Assembly (NCBI GenBank): GCA_963663035.1
Contig: OY760074.1
Coordinates: 960,001 to 1,024,000 of the forward strand
From: Acidobacteriota bacterium
GTDB taxonomy: Bacteria; Acidobacteriota; UBA6911; RPQK01; JADFOI01
Direction: 5' to 3'
Length of the DNA stretch: 64,000 nt
In this document: positions 55,740 through 64,000 of the stretch, piece after piece
How the letters are laid out: each line of letters opens with the position of its first letter
Position numbering within the stretch: position 1 is the stretch's first letter
Made by a program: the position numbers and the translations under genes
Notes under the pieces: model-generated
The model's input: only the letters and a program-made list of their open reading frames with translations
What the model was told of the DNA's origin: nothing
Databases searched by the model: none

Positions 55740-56168
55740 ATGAAAGTCGAAGAAGCTACCGAAGTTACTGCAGAATTAGTCGAAGCTTTCAGCCAGCTCA
55801 CCGGCCAGCTGAGCCGCTCGGCTCCGCCGCCCGGAGAGCAGCAGCTTGGGGAGATCGTCAGCTCCACTGCCACCCGCCTGCTGGTGGCAAGAGTCGATGG
55901 AGCGATCGTGGGAAGCCTGACCCTGGCCTTGTTCCGGATTCCTACGGGTGTGCGGGCGTGGATTGAAGATGTGGTCGTGGATGAGTCCGTTCGTGGACGG
56001 GGAATTGGAGAAGCGCTGAATCGAGAAGCCTTGAGAATAGCCAAGGATCATGGTGCCAGGAGCGTGGACTTGACGTCTCGGCCTAGCCGGGAAGCGGCCA
56101 ACCGCTTATACCAGCGCTTGGGTTTCAAGGCACGAGAGACCAACGTCTACAGATATTCGTTTGAGTGA
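55740..56168 (+). CDS. GNAT family acetyltransferase
   Basis: IEDVVVDESVRGRGIG, ANRLYQRLGF. Confidence 0.93.
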   Translation: MKVEEATEVTAELVEAFSQLTGQLSRSAPPPGEQQLGEIVSSTATRLLVARVDGAIVGSLTLALFRIPTGVRAWIEDVVVDESVRGRGIGEALNREALRIAKDHGARSVDLTSRPSREAANRLYQRLGFKARETNVYRYSFE

Positions 56169-56193
56169 AGCGGTTGCTGCAGATAGAGGGTGA

Positions 56194-57363
56194 ATGAAGA
56201 AACCGATTCCGGTTCAGACTTGTTTGCTGGCCTTGGCGCTTTCGACGTTCGCGCTGGGAGTACAAATCTCCCCAGGTTCCTTTTCCTATCAGTATGTCGG
56301 CCTGCGTTTCCCGGCACCGACCGGTTGGTACCTGGCAACCGACAGTGAGGTCTCCCAAGGTCTCCAGGAAGGCGCCCAGATCGTGGGAGTGGACAGTCCG
56401 CAAATCCAGGCCGTCGTGGAGCAAATGCCTGGTAAGGTCCTCGTATGGGTTTCAGAACAGCCTCCAGGCAGCGATTTTGAGGGTATCAATCGCAATATCC
56501 TCGTTGCTGCCATTGACGTACGAGGTCACCGCGATGAGTTTGCCAGCGGAGCTGACTTCCTGAAAGCGGGTTCTCAAGTGATGAAGGAGTCACTGCCAGA
56601 GGCAGAGATCTCAGAAATCTCCGTACAGCGGTTGGGCGGTGAGGACTTCCATAAACTTGAGCTTCTCCTTCCAGCGGAGGAGCTGACGATACATCAATGG
56701 CAGCTGGCGCGGATCCACAATGATTATCTGGTTATCCTGAATGTGAGCGCGGAAAGCCCCAGCGGCATCGAAGAACTCTTTCAAATATCGGATGGGTTGA
56801 GCTTCTTTGAGGTTTCTCAGGAGGTTGACAGTAGCGCCGAAGGCCAATCATTCAGAAACCAGGCAGCCATTGTGTTTCCTCCTTCCTCGGGCGGCAATCT
56901 GCTCAGGACTTGGGGAATCGTACTCATGGTCCTGGGAGTCATCTGGTACCTCACGTCACTTGGCGGATCAAAAAAGGAGGAAAGTCTTATGTCCCACAAA
57001 GGAAAGGTACAGCTTACCGTCATCTTCACGGCCACTCCCGACCTGGTCGAGCAGGGTGATCAGATTTTTGAGAGCCACGCCCAGTGGATGGAGGAATCAC
57101 ACCATCGCGAGGGTGACAAGGCCCTTCTGCGATACAACGTCTCCAAGGGAGCGGAGTTGTCCAACCCCCTGGACCCGTCATCCGCACCGACCGGCAACAC
57201 CTCCTTCGTCCTGATGGAAGTGTACGAGAGCCAGGCCGGCATGGATGACCACTGGAAGCAGGGCACTGAGAACTGGGCGGACTTTTCCAACTTCGGAGCC
57301 TGGGCCAGCCAATGTCAGGTGACGACGCTGCACGGGTCGCCGGTCATCCATTCGCTCTGGTAA
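56194..57363 (+). CDS. Apparent in-frame fusion: exported/TM hypothetical protein plus a 124-aa domain with its own start at 56989
   Basis: Signal peptide, TM near residue 250, then AAGGAGG-N8-ATG internal start. Confidence 0.65.
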   Translation: MKKPIPVQTCLLALALSTFALGVQISPGSFSYQYVGLRFPAPTGWYLATDSEVSQGLQEGAQIVGVDSPQIQAVVEQMPGKVLVWVSEQPPGSDFEGINRNILVAAIDVRGHRDEFASGADFLKAGSQVMKESLPEAEISEISVQRLGGEDFHKLELLLPAEELTIHQWQLARIHNDYLVILNVSAESPSGIEELFQISDGLSFFEVSQEVDSSAEGQSFRNQAAIVFPPSSGGNLLRTWGIVLMVLGVIWYLTSLGGSKKEESLMSHKGKVQLTVIFTATPDLVEQGDQIFESHAQWMEESHHREGDKALLRYNVSKGAELSNPLDPSSAPTGNTSFVLMEVYESQAGMDDHWKQGTENWADFSNFGAWASQCQVTTLHGSPVIHSLW

Positions 57364-57370
57364 CCCGCGG

Positions 57371-60072
57371 CTAGTTCGAAGGCACCAGGCGCTTGAGTTC
57401 CTCAAACCAGTTGAGGACGACGTTGAGCTGTGGTGCTTCGACTTCCTGTGATTCTTCCTGAACCATGAGAAAGCGCTGGCCGTCGGCTGAGACGTCATAT
57501 TGGGCAGTGGTCGGTGAACTAGACCTTCTGTAGGGTCCCTCGAAGAGTTGCCGGGGTGTGCCCGTGCGGAAGGAGGGCTGTGTCGTAATCTCTACGGCCA
57601 TCATCCCATCTCCGCTGCGATAGAAGAGTTCGTCCCCACTGTGAGCCCACTTGGTTTCTCGACCCCCATCGGTTGAAATCTGCCACTTCGCTTCCTGAAG
57701 GTTAGGGAAGGGCCGAACGTAGACTTCGTTGCGACCTGACTCATTGGAGGCATAGGCGAGATACCGCCCGTCTGGCGAGAACTGAGCATCGAATTCAACC
57801 GCAGGTGTTTGAAGGACCGGTCGAGCTTGCTGCGGGTCATCCAGTGGCAATAGCCACACATCCTGAGCGGTCGTTGGATCCGCATGCAAGAAAGCCAGCA
57901 ATTTACCGTCGGGGGAGAAAGAGTGAGGGAGCTGAATTTCAGGTCTTGCTAAAAGCAGCTCCTCTTTTCCGCTGCCGTCCACCGGGATCCAGTACAGATC
58001 ATACGGTTCCGCCCGGTTGGAGGCATACACCACCCGCTTGCCGTCAGGGGCCCAGAGAGGCCAGCCGTCGTTTCCTTCAAAGGTCAGGCGGTTGAAGGTC
58101 TTGTCGATCAGATCGTAGATCCACAGGCTGGGCTGAAGCGCACCCAGCTTGACGAGCAGCTGACGACCATCTGGCGAAAGCCGCGGATATTCATAAGGGC
58201 CTGGAGGCAGGTCCAACGGCTCGGCCTCTCCCTCTCGATTCACCCAGACCAACGATCTCGCGGTGCTGCGGAGACCCCCTGGGAGGTACACCAGGGTTCC
58301 CAGACGGGAAACGCTCCACCCTGCTGTGTCGCCCCTGATTGTCACAACGCCTTCAACGATGGGTACAGGAGTTCCGGTCAACTCCAGCCGCTCCGCGTCA
58401 AAGGGGACCGCCATGAGTGTTCCCGCCATCCTGGGCTGGACATAAAGCAGATGCCCGCTGGATACGTAGCGGGCCTGGCTGCCTCCTTCTATCAGGACCC
58501 TCCGCTCGCCCGTTTGCAACGACTGGGCCACGATCTGGACGTCTTGATAAGTGGCGCCGTAGGCTGTAAAAAGCACCACCTCTCCACCCGGAAGGAGGTG
58601 GGGTAAACGGTGACTGGTCTCCCCTTTGTCAGAATCCAACGTGGTGATGGGTTGGGGCGTCCCTCCCTCGGCTGAGACCTGCGAAAGACCCGTACCCCGT
58701 GCGTCGGGGGTAAACACGATGGTACCGTTTTCCCCCCAACTTCCCCCTCGACCCCCGGTAGCATCGGACAGGACCACCGGCAGTCCACCGCTGGTGGAAA
58801 CTTTCTTCAGCTTGCCCCCGGCAAAAACCCCACCCATCGCCCATCGGGCGAGAAGAAAGGACGATTGGCGTCTTCTGTGTCGGGAACGACTTTGGTCTCT
58901 AGGCTCTCCATAGCCCGCAAATAAAGCTGCCTGACTCCACTTCCCTGACTGGTGAAAGCGAGGTGACTTCCGTCTGGTGAGAGAACCAGACTCTCCGCTG
59001 ACGGCCGTAAACCGGTTGGCAGCGGCAGCACAAACCGAGCTATCGAGCCAGTCGCCGTGTCGGGTGCGGGTGCGAGAGTCCAGATGGCAAGGCTTGCCAT
59101 GATGGCTCCCACCAACAGGGCAGCCACCAGGGGGAGGGTGGGGCGCCAGCCCCGTCGGGCCGGGATCGCCGTGGCGGGAGTGAGAGCCTTTAGGATCTCA
59201 CCCGTGAACTCCTGGGAGTCTCCGCCTTCCGCGATCAGCTCTGCCAGGTCCGTCCTCACTTCATGGACGAGCTGATAACGCTGATCCGGGTCCTTGGCCA
59301 GCATCTTTTTGACGGTGTGCTGAAGGAGGACGGGGATGTCCTCTCTGTAGCGAGTCAGAGGGGGAGGAGTTTCACCCAAAATGGCATGGGCCGTTTCCAT
59401 GGCCAAACCCTTCTTTAGGGGATTCACCCCGCTGAGCATCTCATAAAGCACCAGACCAAAGGAGAAGATATCGGATCGAAGATCGACCTGTTCACCACGC
59501 ACCTGCTCAGGGGACATGTAGGGAATCGTCCCTAGACTGGCACCCTCCCGAGTCAGGGCGGTGGTGATCTCCTGCTTCTCCTGACCCTCGACCGGACTCA
59601 CTCGCTTGGCCAGGCCGAAGTCCATCATTTTCACGTGGCGTTCAGAGGTGAGCATGATGTTGGACGGTTTCAAGTCTCGATGGACGATGCCTTGCCTGTG
59701 TGCCCCTTCCAGAGCCTCGGCGATCTCCACTGCCATCTCTAGCGCATCCTTTAAAGGTAGCGGACCTTCCAGCAGTCGCTCGCCCAGGGTCTGTCCCTGG
59801 ATGTACTCCATGGCGATGAAGGATCTGTTATCCGCTTCTTGAACCTCGTAGATCTTGCAGATAAAGGGGTGGTCCAGAGCGGCCGCTGACTTGGCTTCCC
59901 GCAGAAAGCGCTTTCTAGCAGTGGAGTCCTGCTGCAGCTCCTGGGGCAGGAATTTCAGCGCCACTTTGCGATCCAGCCTCGTATCCTGAGCCAGGAAGAC
60001 CTCTCCCATGCCGCCTTCTCCGATCTTTTTCAGGATCTTGTAGTGAGATATCGTCTCTCCGACCAATGGCAT
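57371..60072 (-). pseudogene. Ser/Thr protein kinase with TolB/PD40 repeats, frameshifted at 58823-58827
   Basis: GEGGMGEV, HRDLKPSN, DFG, YMSPEQ; SPDG repeats; WVGF/FAGGKLKKV broken at a T5 run. Confidence 0.88.
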
Positions 60073-60147
60073 CTCCCCTTCAAGTGTGGGTGCGAGTTGC
60101 TTCAAATAGTAGGACTTTTAGAAAGGATTCGCAAGCACAGCTCAGGC

Positions 60148-61233
60148 TTAGCGATTGTAAAAGGGTGTCTCCACCACCTTGGCCTGGAGGAGTTTGCCCC
60201 GAATGTCCACCTGGAACTGCTGGCCGGGCTGGGCATACTCCACCGGCAGATAGACTAACCCCACACTTTTGTTCAGGGAAGGGGCAAAGCCTCCACTGGT
60301 GACCTCAGCCACCCTCTGGTCCCCGACTGAAACCGGGAAGTGATCGCGGGCAATTCCCCGGTCCACCATCTCAAAACCGACCAGCCTGCGATGGTGCCCT
60401 TCTTCCTTGAGCTTGACCAGGGCTTCCTGACCAATGAACTCTCCTTTGCTGAGTTTGACAATCCAGCCCAGACCCGCCTCCCAGGGGTTGGTGGTCTCAT
60501 TGATCTCGTGCCCGTAAAGGCAATAGGCCACTTCCAATCGCAGGGTGTTGCGGGCAGCCAAGCCAGCCGCCGTGATTTGGAAGCGCTGTCCCACCTGAAA
60601 CAGCCGCTCCCAGATGGGTTGGGCCGCCTCCACCGGGATGTAGATTTCAAAGCCGTCCTCCCCGGTGTAGCCCGTTCTCGAGATGAGGGCTCGTGCGCCG
60701 TGCACCTTCCCGTGGGTGAACCAGTAGTATTGAAGAGAGGAGAGGTCCACCTCGGTGAGCTGCTGGAGCACGGTTTCGGCCTGGGGTCCCTGGATGGCCA
60801 GCTGGACATAGGAATCGCTGCTGTCCAGGATGTCCACCTGCCCCTGTTTGTGTTTCCGAACCCATTGGAAATCCTTGTCCTTGTTGGCTGCGTTAACGCA
60901 AATGAAAATGTGTTCCGCATTGATCCGGTAAAGGACAATGTCGTCGATGAAAGTTCCTTCCGGATAAAGAAATGCCGAGTACTGGGCCTGGCCGTCAGCC
61001 AGACGGGAGATATCATTGCTGGTGAGTTTTTGGGCCATGGCAAGGGCGTCCTTGCCCACCATCTCGATCTCACCCATGTGGCTGACGTCAAAGACCCCTA
61101 CCCCTTGCCGGACCGAGAAATGTTCCTTGAGCGCGCTTCCATAGTGCACGGGCATCTCCCAACCGGCGAAGTCCACCATTCGCCCTCCGCATTCTCTGTG
61201 AGCCGCGTTCAAAGGAGTTTTTTTCAAGCTCAT
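60148..61233 (-). CDS. gcvT: Glycine cleavage aminomethyltransferase
   Basis: FAGWEMP, FDVSHMG, SRTGYTGEDGFE, RNTLRLE. Confidence 0.97.
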   Translation of the reverse strand: MSLKKTPLNAAHRECGGRMVDFAGWEMPVHYGSALKEHFSVRQGVGVFDVSHMGEIEMVGKDALAMAQKLTSNDISRLADGQAQYSAFLYPEGTFIDDIVLYRINAEHIFICVNAANKDKDFQWVRKHKQGQVDILDSSDSYVQLAIQGPQAETVLQQLTEVDLSSLQYYWFTHGKVHGARALISRTGYTGEDGFEIYIPVEAAQPIWERLFQVGQRFQITAAGLAARNTLRLEVAYCLYGHEINETTNPWEAGLGWIVKLSKGEFIGQEALVKLKEEGHHRRLVGFEMVDRGIARDHFPVSVGDQRVAEVTSGGFAPSLNKSVGLVYLPVEYAQPGQQFQVDIRGKLLQAKVVETPFYNR

Positions 61234-61258
61234 CCCAACGAATCCTGCCGGTGTACCT

Positions 61259-62572
61259 CTACTTTTCTCCCCTCCGAATGGCCCTGGCGCGGTGTTCCAG
61301 CTCATCGGCCTCCGCATTACGGTCCAGTCTGCTCAACAAGTCGGCATAGTTTTCCAGGATTGTGGCTACGTCTGGATGTTCCAGCCCTAGCGCTTTCTCC
61401 CAGATGGCCAGCGATCGCCGGTAGAATGGCTCCGCCTCGGCATACTTGCCCTGGGCCTGATAGAGCATCGCCAAGTTGTTGAGGCTCCTTGCGACATTCG
61501 GGTGCTCCGGGCCCAGAACCTTTTCCCAGACACTCAATGCCCTCTTGTAAAGCGGCTCCACTTCACCGTATTTACCCTGGTCGTAGTACAGTAATCCCAA
61601 GTTATTCAGGCTCGCTGCCACACTGGGATGCTCCGGTCCCAGCGCCTTCTCCAGAATGGCCAAGGAGTGCTGGTACAAGACCTCCGCCTTGGCATAGTCG
61701 CCCTGCTGGCGGTGGATCTCTGCCAGGTTGTTGAGATTCCTGGCTACATTGGGATGCTCTGGGCCCAGGGCCTTCTCCAGGATGTCCAAAGAGCGCTGGT
61801 ACAGGGGCAGCGCCTCGGCATTCTTGCCCTGCTCGTGGTGAAGCTCGGCCAGGTTATTGAGACTTCTTGCTAAATCGGGATGGTCCGGCCCCAGGGCCTT
61901 CTCCACGATGGCCAAGGAGCGCTGGTACAAGGGCTGCGCCTCGGCAAACCTGCCCTGGTCCTTGTAGAGCAAGGCCAGGTTGTTGAGGTTCCTCGCTACA
62001 TCGGGATGGTCCGGCCCCAGCGTCTTCTCCCAGATGGCCAGAGAGCGTCTAAACAACGGCTCCGCGTCTGCATAGTTGCCCTGCCTGCGGTGGATCTCTG
62101 CCAGGTTGTTGAGGTTCGTACCCACATGAGCATCCTCCGGCCCCAGGGCCTTCTCCAGGATGGCCAGAGCGCGCTGGTATAGCGCCTCCGCTTCGGCATA
62201 CAGGCCCTGCTCCTTATGGAGCAAGCCCAGGTTGTTGAGGCTCATTGCCACGTCGGGATGCTCCGCTCCCAGCGCCTTCTCTCGGATGGCGAGGGCCCGG
62301 CGACTGGCTGGTTCCGCTTCGGCATACCTGCCCTGGGCTCGGTATAGCTCAGCCAGGTTGTTGAGGCAGAGTGCGAGGCGGGGGTCTGGGTCTGGGAAGC
62401 TTTCAGCTTCCTTGAGCGCAGCTAAGTACAACTCCTCGGCCTCAGCGTAACGGGCTTGCTCATAGGCCCCCAGTCCTGCCTTATTGTATTTCTCCCAGAG
62501 TGCCTCCTGGGCAGCGGCACCAAGCGGACTGAGCGCTGCCAGTAACAGGGCGCCAATCACTCTGACTGCCAT
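61259..62572 (-). CDS. Exported TPR protein with 42-aa kinesin-light-chain-type repeats
   Basis: ~9 copies of LNNLAxLyxxQGxYAEAExLYxRxLAIxEKALGPxHP; signal peptide. Confidence 0.93.
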   Translation of the reverse strand: MAVRVIGALLLAALSPLGAAAQEALWEKYNKAGLGAYEQARYAEAEELYLAALKEAESFPDPDPRLALCLNNLAELYRAQGRYAEAEPASRRALAIREKALGAEHPDVAMSLNNLGLLHKEQGLYAEAEALYQRALAILEKALGPEDAHVGTNLNNLAEIHRRQGNYADAEPLFRRSLAIWEKTLGPDHPDVARNLNNLALLYKDQGRFAEAQPLYQRSLAIVEKALGPDHPDLARSLNNLAELHHEQGKNAEALPLYQRSLDILEKALGPEHPNVARNLNNLAEIHRQQGDYAKAEVLYQHSLAILEKALGPEHPSVAASLNNLGLLYYDQGKYGEVEPLYKRALSVWEKVLGPEHPNVARSLNNLAMLYQAQGKYAEAEPFYRRSLAIWEKALGLEHPDVATILENYADLLSRLDRNAEADELEHRARAIRRGEK

Positions 62573-62612
62573 CGAATACCTACCCCAGAATCCTGCTATA
62601 GTTGTGTCCGAG

Positions 62613-63506
62613 ATGACCGGTTCGCTGGGCTCGGCAAAGATTTTGATGACGTTGATGATTCTCATAGGAGCATCAGGTTTTTCTGTTGGGCAGGTGCCTT
62701 CAGGAACGCGCCACTACTTCTATCTTTCTGACCAGCGCATCATTACCCTCGAACTGGTCAATGAGCAAAAAGCAATTTTAAACTATATCAGCCTGGGTGA
62801 CGCGTTTGAGATTATTCAGGCGCCTGGGCTGCTGATTTTCGATTCAGAAGGTCATCCCTTTCCCGGACACCTCATCGAAGTGGAGGAGGCCGCCGATCCC
62901 AACGACAGATTCAAGGTGACTGAACTCGCCCAGCCCCGCAGCTATGCAGGCTACAGCATCTGGGGAGATTTCCGTTTGCAAACGCCCGTCGAGGAGGCCT
63001 ATTTCCAGGTCGGCTCTCGTATCGTGAAGCTCGAGCCTCTCTTGGAGGAGGATTTCGAATGGCTGGCAGGCAAAATCGGAGACCTGGATCTTTCCATGGA
63101 GGACGGAAAACAGATGGTGCTACGGGCGGGCTTCCTTCAGGGGCACGGTACGCTTTACACCAGCGGAGCACCGGAGTTGGAGGAAATTGAGGGCCACTTT
63201 CCAGATCTGGAGCTTTTGCAGCCGGTGCTCATTTCCGGTCCCCGACCCCTGCTTCCTTCTTCATTTAGCGATCTGCCCGACCCCGTCCTCGTCGTGCTGA
63301 GCGCCAGAGTGAGCCGCTCGGGAGGCCTGACCGAGCTGCAGGTTGCTCAGGGTGTCGCGCCCCGCTTGGATGAGCTTGCTCTCCAGACAGTGCAAAACTC
63401 CTGGACTTTCTTGCCGGCCATTTCGAAAGGGAAAGTTGCCGCTGCCCGGCTGACCTTCAATGTGGTCTTCCGCAGGGGCGGGCCGGAGGCTCGCCCAAGC
63501 CGTTAG
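62613..63506 (+). CDS. Exported protein with TonB C-terminal-like domain
   Basis: C-terminal LDELALQTVQNSWTFLPAISKGK. Confidence 0.7.
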   Translation: MTGSLGSAKILMTLMILIGASGFSVGQVPSGTRHYFYLSDQRIITLELVNEQKAILNYISLGDAFEIIQAPGLLIFDSEGHPFPGHLIEVEEAADPNDRFKVTELAQPRSYAGYSIWGDFRLQTPVEEAYFQVGSRIVKLEPLLEEDFEWLAGKIGDLDLSMEDGKQMVLRAGFLQGHGTLYTSGAPELEEIEGHFPDLELLQPVLISGPRPLLPSSFSDLPDPVLVVLSARVSRSGGLTELQVAQGVAPRLDELALQTVQNSWTFLPAISKGKVAAARLTFNVVFRRGGPEARPSR

Positions 63507-63526
63507 GAATGCACAGTTCCGACACT

Positions 63527-63603
63527 CAGGCCCGTGGGCTAAAGCCCACGGCTCTGTTTGAGCCTTGTCAGTTCTGTCAGAGCCACAGGCTTCAGCCTGC
63601 GGG
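63527..63603. repeat. REP doublet (inverted pair)
   Basis: GGCCCGTGGGCTAAAGCCCACGGCTCTG, spacer, CAGAGCCACAGGCTTCAGCCTGCGGG. Confidence 0.85.
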
Positions 63604-64000
63604 CTATCCCGGCAGATTCTGAAAATATCGCTCGATTGCCTTGACCAGATCCGGGATGGAGGATCTCTCAGCTTGAACCACGATCTCTAAACCATACTCC
63701 CTGGCCGTGGCTGCTGTGATGGGCCCAATCGCTGCGTAGTGGAACTGTTTCAGATCCTCAACCTCCTGGGCGAGAGCCGTAAAATGATTCACCGTTGAGG
63801 AACTCGTGAAAGTGATCAGATCGGGAGGTTGTTGGTCTAACAGCTCCGCCATCCTTGAGCGGCTCTCCTCGGGCACTACGGTGTCATAGATCTCAATCAG
63901 GTTGACCTGGGCGCCCTGTTCCCGGAGTGACTGGGGGAGAAGCTCACGAGCCTTGCTGGCTCGGGGAAGCAGTATCCGCAGGTCCTGGATACTCCCGCTG
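63604..64000 (-). CDS. hemD: Uroporphyrinogen-III synthase, 3' part (runs off window)
   Basis: ILLPRA, ITFTSSSTV, AAIGPITA. Confidence 0.88.
   Translation of the reverse strand, partial: SGSIQDLRILLPRASKARELLPQSLREQGAQVNLIEIYDTVVPEESRSRMAELLDQQPPDLITFTSSSTVNHFTALAQEVEDLKQFHYAAIGPITAATAREYGLEIVVQAERSSIPDLVKAIERYFQNLPG

Noticed and set aside
61400-62400. 126-bp periodic DNA repeats
   Set aside because: Explained by the 42-aa TPR coding repeats.

Overview
GC-rich bacterial chromosome window. Gene content suggests Acidobacteriota (VWA-family protein, Ser/Thr kinase with TolB-like repeats, pilin-like domain, conserved ORF after coaX); this is inference from gene style, not a search. Housekeeping genes: miaA, gatB, rnr, selA, purH, coaX, comEC, gcvT/H/PA/PB, partial hemD, tRNA-Leu(CAG) and a six-gene alternative complex III (actABCDEF-like). 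Two accessory regions: (i) ~22.9-28.4 kb, small genes with integron-cassette-like edges and a truncated ATP-citrate-lyase-like gene joined to a GNAT remnant; (ii) ~31-47.4 kb. The second holds a giant Rhs/YD gene (poly-Asp tract, frameshift from a 21-bp duplication, circularly permuted LamG domain inside the YD repeats, hydrophobic C-terminal tip) followed by three paralogous membrane proteins. Paralogs 2 and 3 are each preceded by a shared DNA junction motif and a remnant toxin tip; paralog 2 is broken by an IS256 element with a 9-bp target duplication. It also holds a coupled ABC-ATPase (DUF3696-type) + PLD/MIT_C-like pair, a candidate defence system. Intergenic DNA carries several REP families, a ~180-200 bp MITE family and heptamer repeats. 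All calls come from motif recognition by eye; no database searches were run.
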